NCBI GenBank assembly: GCA_963737265.1
Contig: CAVTRY010000011.1
Location: forward strand, 1,216,001 to 1,280,000
DNA from: an uncultured delta proteobacterium
Lineage (GTDB): Bacteria > Myxococcota_A > Polyangia > Fen-1088
Length of the DNA: 64,000 nucleotides
Direction of reading: 5' to 3'
This document shows positions 57,374 to 64,000 of the stretch, piece after piece (the stretch's first letter is position 1; the number at the start of each line of letters is the position of its first letter). A program made the translations under genes and the position numbers. The notes below the pieces were generated by a model. The model had not been told where the DNA came from, searched no databases, and saw only the letters and a program-made list of their open reading frames with translations.

Positions 57374-58276
57374 ATGTCCAAGGGGATCGGCCTAGTCGCT
57401 CTCGCATCCTGTCTCGTCATGTCGCTGCTGGTGCCCGCGGGGCATGCGGCGGTGTGGAAACACACGCGTGCGGATGGAACCGTGGAATTCGCAAGCAACC
57501 CGCGCTCCGGCAAAGGGTGGAGCTCGGTCGCTGAATCCCGGCGGCCAGCGCCAGCGGCTCCGGACAGCGATCCTTCCGGGTCGCCTGCATCCCATTCGCT
57601 ACGCTCGCGGGGCGGCAGCGTCGTCTGGACGCGTGAGCGCGACGACGGCGTCGTAGAGTTCACCAACCTCCAGCCGGTGGGAAGGCGCTGGAAGGTATTG
57701 TTTCGTCTCGGGCCAGGCAAGGCATCCGCTGTCCGTGGCTCATCCGACCTCGTACCCGCGCGCGATACCTCCGCCGCACGTTACACGCGCTACGATGACT
57801 CCATCCGCGATCAGCAGGCCTACTACGGAATTCCCCAGGCGCTCGTTCGCGCCGTCATCCGCACCGAATCGGACTTCGATCCCCACGTCGTTTCCAGCGC
57901 CGGAGCGCAGGGTCTGATGCAATTGATGCCGGCCACGGCGCGCGGCATGGGGGTGACGGACGTGTGGGATCCACGGCAGAACATCATGGGGGGCGCGCGC
58001 TACCTCCAACTTCTGGCCAAGCGCTACTGCCACACGCCGGCCCTGGGGAGCTCTCGCGACGAAACGACGGGGTTCGTCTGTTCGCTGGACGAACAGGTCA
58101 AGGTCCTGGCCGGCTACCACGCCGGACCCGGCGCGGTGGACAAATACGCCGGTATGCCGCCCTATGAAACGACCCGAACCTATGTCACCGCTGTACTCCA
58201 GCGCTACGAAGAGTATAGAAGACGAGAAGCAACGCTTTCGGAATGGTCCGAAGCGGTTCAGGTTTCATCTCGATAA
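57374..58276 (+). CDS. Lytic transglycosylase (SLT) with two N-terminal DUF4124-like modules
   Basis: AVIRTESDF, GAQGLMQLMP, AGYHAGPG, ETTRTYV. Confidence 0.9.
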   Translation: MSKGIGLVALASCLVMSLLVPAGHAAVWKHTRADGTVEFASNPRSGKGWSSVAESRRPAPAAPDSDPSGSPASHSLRSRGGSVVWTRERDDGVVEFTNLQPVGRRWKVLFRLGPGKASAVRGSSDLVPARDTSAARYTRYDDSIRDQQAYYGIPQALVRAVIRTESDFDPHVVSSAGAQGLMQLMPATARGMGVTDVWDPRQNIMGGARYLQLLAKRYCHTPALGSSRDETTGFVCSLDEQVKVLAGYHAGPGAVDKYAGMPPYETTRTYVTAVLQRYEEYRRREATLSEWSEAVQVSSR

Positions 58277-58282
58277 ATCGAC

Positions 58283-59650
58283 GTGGTCGAAGGCGATACA
58301 CACCTAAGCCCCAACGCGGGGACCGATAGGGGGCCTGTGCCGAGCGGGGCGCCTGCGCTTACCGCAACTCCGTCCGACGAGCAGGCAGTGACTGCGCGGC
58401 TGCGGCGGACGAGCGAGCTCGTTTCGACCCAGCGGCTACCTGAAGCCGAGGTAGAGCTCCTCGCCGCGCGAGACGTTGCGCCGAGCGACCTGCGCGTCCT
58501 CAAGCTGCTGGCCTTGGTTCGCTTCAAGCTCGGACGGATCGGCGAAGCGCGCCAGGTTTACCAGCAGGCGGCCGAGGTCGCGGCGGACGATCCGACGATT
58601 CGGCTCAATCTCGGACTCATCGCGCTCAAGCTGGAATCCTTCGACGAAGCGGCGCAAGAGCTTGAAGCCGCGGTCCGCTTGCAACCCGACGACCGCCAGG
58701 CGTGGAGCTACCTCGGCTACGCCTATGCCCGCACTCGCCAGCATGCCCACGCCGCGACCGCCTTTCGCCGCGCGGGCCAGCACGAACTGGCCGCCGAAAT
58801 GGAGCGGAACGCTGTCCCGCCTGCCCAGCCGGCTGGCAGCGCCGTGGTCGAGCGTTCGGCGGCATTCACCGGGCTAGATCCGTCGCGGGCGGTAGCGCAG
58901 GGTGAGGCAACGCCGCGGCCCCTCTTGCGCTCCGACGACACGCCGGTCCCTTTGCGCGGGACCGTCGTGGACGCGGGTACGTCCACGACGATGTTCGATG
59001 AAATGACGACCCTGAGCGATTTCACGACGGCACGGCTGCTGTCGTTTCCCGCAGCCACCTCGCCGGCGTCCTCGCTCGGACAGGGCGTGGTGCGGTTCTC
59101 CGCCACCGCCGACACGCACGTGCGTGAATCCGCTCTTTTGGTCGCTTTGGGAGGGCCGAGCTTGTCGTTGGCGCGCCGGCGAACCCGCGGCCACCTCAGC
59201 GGCCAGAGCCTCGCCGCGGACGGTGAACGATTTCTGCGTGTCGAAGGTTGTGGTGAGCTGCTTCTCTCCTCGCCCGAACGCAAGCGCGCTTTGGTCGTGA
59301 TGGCGCTCGATCGCGACGTCTTCTATGTCCAGGAGGATCGGGTCGTGGCGTGGGGCGATGACGTGGTTTGGGAGTCGGGCTCCGTCCCGGGCAGTCAGCT
59401 TGCGCTGCTGCAGTTTCGCGGCACCGGGCGCGTCGTGATCCTGGCCGGCGCCAGCGAGTTGGTTGCGATCCGCATTGTCGAGGGAGATCGTTTTGCCGTG
59501 CCCAGCGCGCGCCTGGCGGGTTGGCTCGGACGCGTGGTCGTGCAGGGTAACCCTGCGGCCGGCGCGGCCCCCCCAACAGGCGGACTTCACCAGGTTACTT
59601 GTGAAGGCGAAGGAGTGCTATTGCTATCCAAGCATGGCGAACATCGGTAG
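58283..59650 (+). CDS. TPR + AIM24-like domain protein
   Basis: N-terminal TPRs; C-terminal RVEGCGELL, LQFRGTGRV, CEGEGVLL. Confidence 0.75.
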   Translation: MVEGDTHLSPNAGTDRGPVPSGAPALTATPSDEQAVTARLRRTSELVSTQRLPEAEVELLAARDVAPSDLRVLKLLALVRFKLGRIGEARQVYQQAAEVAADDPTIRLNLGLIALKLESFDEAAQELEAAVRLQPDDRQAWSYLGYAYARTRQHAHAATAFRRAGQHELAAEMERNAVPPAQPAGSAVVERSAAFTGLDPSRAVAQGEATPRPLLRSDDTPVPLRGTVVDAGTSTTMFDEMTTLSDFTTARLLSFPAATSPASSLGQGVVRFSATADTHVRESALLVALGGPSLSLARRRTRGHLSGQSLAADGERFLRVEGCGELLLSSPERKRALVVMALDRDVFYVQEDRVVAWGDDVVWESGSVPGSQLALLQFRGTGRVVILAGASELVAIRIVEGDRFAVPSARLAGWLGRVVVQGNPAAGAAPPTGGLHQVTCEGEGVLLLSKHGEHR

Positions 59651-60239
59651 CCAACTCACCAACCTCCCGAACCTCGTAACCATGGGGCGGGTGCTCTTCG
59701 TTCCGGGCGTGCTGTACTACATGGACAACTACAGCCCGGTGCGCAGCCTGATCGCCGCCATCTTGTACCTGGTGGCATCGGCGGGCGACGGGATCGACGG
59801 CTATTTGGCGCGCAGTCGCGGCCAGGTCAGCGTGCTTGGAAAATTTCTCGATCCGGTGGCCGACAAACTGATGGTGACGGCTGTGCTGGTCTTCATGGTG
59901 GCGCTCGGCCGGGTTCCGGCCTGGCTGGTTGTGGCGCTCGTCGCGCGCGATTTGGCCATCACCGGCCTGCGCAGCATCGCGTCCAGCGAAGGCATCGTGA
60001 TCGCGGCCAGCCGAGGCGGCAAGATCAAGACGGCGCTGCAGCTCGTGGCGCTGACCATGCTGCTCGTCCATTTCCGCTACCCCTTGCTCGGCCTCGGGAT
60101 CAATGTCGACTACAACACCGCGGGCCTCGTCGTGCTGTACATTTCCCTCGCGGTGTCGTTGGTCTCCGGGCTCGACTACGTGCTCGGCTTCTTTCGCACG
60201 CTGGCGGCGGCCAAGCGCGAGGCACCGCCGACAGCGTGA
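59634..60239 (+). CDS. pgsA: CDP-diacylglycerol--glycerol-3-phosphate 3-phosphatidyltransferase
   Basis: NLPNLVT, DGIDGYLAR...GKFLDPVADK, GKIKT. Confidence 0.93.
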   Translation: MANIGSQLTNLPNLVTMGRVLFVPGVLYYMDNYSPVRSLIAAILYLVASAGDGIDGYLARSRGQVSVLGKFLDPVADKLMVTAVLVFMVALGRVPAWLVVALVARDLAITGLRSIASSEGIVIAASRGGKIKTALQLVALTMLLVHFRYPLLGLGINVDYNTAGLVVLYISLAVSLVSGLDYVLGFFRTLAAAKREAPPTA

Positions 60240-61534
60240 TCGCTCGCCCGGTCGACGTACCTTGCTGGCCCATTCGTGCGGCCAAGGTCGCTAGCCGACG
60301 CAATCTGCCCTGTTGCATGAGACTGGCCGATGCCGGGCGCGTGGTCGTGGCATGCAACCCGGTTCGCGTGGTTCGCGGATCGAGCGTCGACGATCTCGCC
60401 CAAGCGTGGGCCGAGGCGCGCGCGGCCTGGAACGCCGACAATTCCGGCGTTCCCATTGGGATTGGATTGCTCAGCTACGATTTGGGCCGGCGGTTCGAAC
60501 GCATTGGCGGAACGCTGCCTCTTCCCTCGGGTTGGCCCGACATCGAATTTCGCTTCTTCGACGCCGTGGTCGTCGGCGACGCTGAATCGGGGCGCGGCGA
60601 AATCTGGGCGTCCAGCGAAAGCGCGGCAAGCGGCCTTGCGGCGGAGATTCTTGGCGCAGCGGAAGTCCTCGATGAACAAGATCCGCCGGCGAAATTCGCG
60701 CCTCTGGCGGAGTTGGACGCGCCCGCTTTGCACCTTGGGGCGGTGTCGCGTGCGCTCGACTACATCCACGCCGGCGACATCTATCAAGTGAATCTTGCGC
60801 GCCGGCTGGGCTGTTCGTTCCCATCACGTCCTGGCGAGGCGCCTGGGCTCGCGCTCTTTGCCCGTCTCGAACGCGAGGCGCCAGCGCCTCATTCCATCTG
60901 GTTCGCGGACGGAGAAGCGGGAACGGCGTTGGTGGGCAACTCGCCCGAGTGTTTCCTGCGCCGGTCGGCGAATGGCCGCATCGAAACCTGGCCGATCAAA
61001 GGCACCCGTCCGCGCGTCGCCTCGGACATGAAGAACCGAAACGCGGAGGTGCTCGCCGCCAGCGCAAAGGATAGAGCCGAGCTCGTCATGATTGTGGATC
61101 TCGAACGCAGCGACCTCGGCCGGATTTGTCGGACCGGTAGCGTGAAGGTCGAGGATCTGTGCCGCGTGCTCACCTTGCCGACGGTGCACCACCTCGTGAC
61201 CAAGGTCAGCGGGCAGTTGCGGCCCGAGATTGATTTGGCCGGGCTTCTGCGTGCGACGTTTCCGGGCGGTTCGGTGACGGGCGCGCCGAAAATTCGGGCC
61301 ATGGAGATCATCGACGAGCTGGAGCCAGCCCGGCGCGGTCCCTACACCGGCGCCACGGGCTGGTTGGGCGCGGCCGGGGATTTGGATCTCGCGGTCGCCA
61401 TCCGCACCGCGACGATTCGAGAAAGCGCGCTGACCTTGTGGGTGGGCGGAGGCATCGTCGCCGACTCCGTGCCCGACGAAGAGTTGGCCGAGACCTGGGA
61501 CAAGGCGCAGGCGTTCGCGCGCGTCCTTGGCTAG
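60236..61534 (+). CDS. pabB: Aminodeoxychorismate synthase component I-like (chorismate-binding)
   Basis: GDIYQVNL, SPECF, PIKGT, KDRAELVMIVDLERSDL, FPGGSVTGAPK. Confidence 0.82.
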   Translation: MIARPVDVPCWPIRAAKVASRRNLPCCMRLADAGRVVVACNPVRVVRGSSVDDLAQAWAEARAAWNADNSGVPIGIGLLSYDLGRRFERIGGTLPLPSGWPDIEFRFFDAVVVGDAESGRGEIWASSESAASGLAAEILGAAEVLDEQDPPAKFAPLAELDAPALHLGAVSRALDYIHAGDIYQVNLARRLGCSFPSRPGEAPGLALFARLEREAPAPHSIWFADGEAGTALVGNSPECFLRRSANGRIETWPIKGTRPRVASDMKNRNAEVLAASAKDRAELVMIVDLERSDLGRICRTGSVKVEDLCRVLTLPTVHHLVTKVSGQLRPEIDLAGLLRATFPGGSVTGAPKIRAMEIIDELEPARRGPYTGATGWLGAAGDLDLAVAIRTATIRESALTLWVGGGIVADSVPDEELAETWDKAQAFARVLG

Positions 61535-61895
61535 CTGGCCAGATTCCTCTGCGGCCCGTTTCTGTGTGCCGATGGCGCTTCGAGCTTGGCGTGCAGTCGG
61601 TGCCATGACGCACCGCTGATTAAGGCTGCGGCGGCGGCGCGGAGGGCTTGCCGAGGCTCCTTGCGGCGAGTTTTGACGTGCGCAACCTGGGATCCCGTGG
61701 TGCGTGAAGATCGGACCATTGCGCTCGCGTGCCTACGATAGGATCTGAGTGAGCCACGGTTTCGCTGTGAGCAGCCCGCTAGACACGGAGTGTTTCAATT
61801 CAGTGACAAATCGACGTCGATCAATACGTTGCACAAGTGTGACGCGGCAGTCCCGTATCTGAGTTTAGGTTGCCACGGACTGTCGGAGGCTGATC

Positions 61896-63818
61896 ATGTT
61901 ATTCGCCAATAGAATCCTACGAAATGTTGTCCTGCTCCCAGCCGGAGCAATTGTCGCGTTGGTTGTTCTTTCAAATTGTGGTCGCGAACGCAACCAGCCC
62001 GACGTCGGCGGAGCGGACATCACCATGCGCTCGCTCGGTGCGCTCAACCTCGGCAATGTGACCGCCACGGTCAGCGGCCCGGCCTTGGCCTCGCCCGAGA
62101 ACTTTCCACTCTTCGCGCGAGACGGCGGCACCTGGGGTGGCACGATTGGCTCGTTGCCGGTGGGCGGCAATTACGTCCTCACGGTCAGTGCGACCGACCA
62201 GTCAAATGCGATCGCCTATGCAGGCACAGCCTCTGGTATCGTTATTGTCAAGGACCAGACAAAAACAGTGGTCATTACTGCCCAGCAAATCACGGCAGTC
62301 GCTTCCTTCGAAAATGCGGTCCCTGTTATCGACTCGGTGGTTCTTTCGTCCACCAGCGTCGTTCCCGGTACAACGATCACGGCCAAGGCAACAGCGCACG
62401 ACCCGAATCCCGGTGACAGCATCGCCTTCGCATGGTCGGTGATTCCCGCGGTCGATGGGTTCTCGGCGCCATCAGCTGCGGCGACCACGTGGACGGCTCC
62501 TGCCAGCGAGGGAGACCAGACGCTCATCGTGACCGTGACCGACAACCACGGTGCGTCGACTTCTGCGTCTACCGTCATCAATATTTCGGCCAGCAACGGC
62601 CGCGGGCAAGCCGACGTGAATGTGCGCTTCAACACGTGGCCGGTGGTCGCAAACGTCGCCGCGGCGCCGGGTTACCTCGTGCCAGGCTCGCCGACAACGG
62701 TGTCGGTCACGGCGAGCGACGGCGACGGCGATACTCTCTTTTACGGTTGGACCAGCTCGTGCGCGAGCGGAAGTCTCACGAGCGCCACGTCGCAATCGGT
62801 CAGCTTCACAGTTCCAACTGGCGCGACCGACGCAAGCTGCGACATCATCGTGGCGATAAACGATGGCCGCGGCGGCTCAACCACCGGTCAATTGACCTTG
62901 CCCGTCGGCAAGCCACCGATCATCACGCCTCCGATCATCACCGCCAAGGTTCAGTCCGATCCACTGGTCGACGCCAACGGCAGCGTGAACTTCGCCGTGT
63001 GGGCGACCGACCCCGAAAACACCGCTCTGACCTTCCTTTGGGTGGCGACCGATGGCGTCTTTTCCTATCAGGTTGACGGCGTTGGCTCTTCGCAGGTCAT
63101 CTGGACCGCGCCGGCCACGCCGAACGCTGCATTCACGGTTTCGGTGATGGTCAGCGATGCCGTCGGTGCCAGGGTTCAATCCGACTTCACGGTTTCGACC
63201 ACCGCCGGGAGTGGCCCGGATGGCGGCAGCGCCTGCGAGTGCAGCGGCATGGGCCCAGGCAATGTTCCGGTTACCGTCGCCTGCGGCCAATCGACCTGCG
63301 GCTCCGACAACCTGACCTACGCATGCGGCGCCTCCGGCTGGTCGGCGCCGGGCCAGCCCTGCGATGTCCCAGACGCGGGCGCCTGCGAGTGCAGCGGCAT
63401 GGGCCCAGGCAATGTTCCGGTTACCGTCGCCTGCGGCCAATCGACCTGCGGCTCCGACAACCTGACCTACGCATGCGGCGCCTCCGGCTGGTCGGCGCCG
63501 GGCCAGCCCTGCGATGTCCCAGACGCGGGCGCCTGCGAGTGCAGCGGCATGGGCCCAGGCAATGTTCCGGTCACCGTCGCCTGCGGCCAATCGACCTGCG
63601 GCTCCGACAACCTGACCTACGCATGCGGCGCCTCCGGCTGGTCGGCGCCGGGCCAGCCCTGCAATGTCCCAGACGCGGGCGCATGCGAGTGCAGCGGCAT
63701 GGGCCCCGGCAATGTTCCGGTTACCGTCGCCTGCGGCCAATCGACCTGCGGCTCCGACAACCTGACCTACGCATGCGGCGCCTCCGGTTGGTCATCAGCC
63801 GGCGCGCCCTGCCGCTAA
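61896..63818 (+). CDS. Surface lipoprotein with Ig/PKD-like domains and C-terminal Cys-rich repeats
   Basis: Lipobox LSNC; three A.D.(D/N)GD-like...W Ig-like modules; four 50-aa six-Cys repeats. Confidence 0.85.
   Translation: MLFANRILRNVVLLPAGAIVALVVLSNCGRERNQPDVGGADITMRSLGALNLGNVTATVSGPALASPENFPLFARDGGTWGGTIGSLPVGGNYVLTVSATDQSNAIAYAGTASGIVIVKDQTKTVVITAQQITAVASFENAVPVIDSVVLSSTSVVPGTTITAKATAHDPNPGDSIAFAWSVIPAVDGFSAPSAAATTWTAPASEGDQTLIVTVTDNHGASTSASTVINISASNGRGQADVNVRFNTWPVVANVAAAPGYLVPGSPTTVSVTASDGDGDTLFYGWTSSCASGSLTSATSQSVSFTVPTGATDASCDIIVAINDGRGGSTTGQLTLPVGKPPIITPPIITAKVQSDPLVDANGSVNFAVWATDPENTALTFLWVATDGVFSYQVDGVGSSQVIWTAPATPNAAFTVSVMVSDAVGARVQSDFTVSTTAGSGPDGGSACECSGMGPGNVPVTVACGQSTCGSDNLTYACGASGWSAPGQPCDVPDAGACECSGMGPGNVPVTVACGQSTCGSDNLTYACGASGWSAPGQPCDVPDAGACECSGMGPGNVPVTVACGQSTCGSDNLTYACGASGWSAPGQPCNVPDAGACECSGMGPGNVPVTVACGQSTCGSDNLTYACGASGWSSAGAPCR
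63231..63812 (+). repeat. Four near-identical 150-bp tandem repeats (last one truncated)
   Basis: Units start at 63231, 63381, 63531 and 63681; each encodes ACECSGMGPGNVPVTVACGQSTCGSDNLTYACGASGWS...PC. Confidence 0.97.
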
Positions 63819-64000
63819 CCTAAGAACCAGCCGGGCGCGGCGCGCGAACGTGACAGACCTGCGGCCATGCGTTTCGCTCGTTCGGTCTGCGCCTGTTTGT
63901 GGGACGCCGCCGCCCGCAACGAGTGAGCCAACAGCGGGTGCCAGTTCTTGATCGGGTCGATCAGCCAGTTCGACTCCTGCCGCTCGGCACTCGGTTCGAC

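Noticed and set aside
61540-61720. LRAAAAALISGASWHR resembling IS256 transposase GASWQRC
   Set aside because: The match is too short, with no continuation or terminal repeats; it would need blastx to support.
63231-63812. Possible CRISPR array
   Set aside because: Contiguous in-frame 150-bp coding repeats with no unique spacers and no cas genes.
63815-64000. Open minus-strand frame entering from the window end
   Set aside because: No recognisable motif and incomplete; cannot be called.

Overview
High-GC bacterial chromosomal window. The gene content (CarD, FHA, HEAT and TPR proteins, TPR-AIM24, DUF4388, sigma54-driven pilin, Cys-rich lipoprotein) suggests Myxococcota; this is an inference. 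In order it carries: a TetR-TolC-MFP-RND efflux operon; a divergent PP2C / Ser-Thr kinase-amt locus converging on an APC permease; a sulfatase-HEAT protein; FHA, HEAT and TPR genes; tRNA-Cys; a dense signalling block; a surface-glycosylation block; S1, HD-domain, ligA and carD genes; two tandem type IV pilins; nadB, slt, pgsA and pabB-like genes; and a lipoprotein ending in four 150-bp Cys-rich repeats. The most unusual observations are: (1) three genes (an AAA/DUF4143 gene, recG, pyk) reduced to remnants by large internal deletions; (2) three intergenic elements sharing one core but carrying different 19-20 bp terminal inverted repeats, plus a separate two-copy MITE-like family; (3) an amt without glnK, paired with a kinase/phosphatase; (4) several single-base frameshifts that may be sequencing errors. 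No CRISPR array, rRNA or intact transposase was seen. All family assignments come from motif recognition by eye, not database searches.
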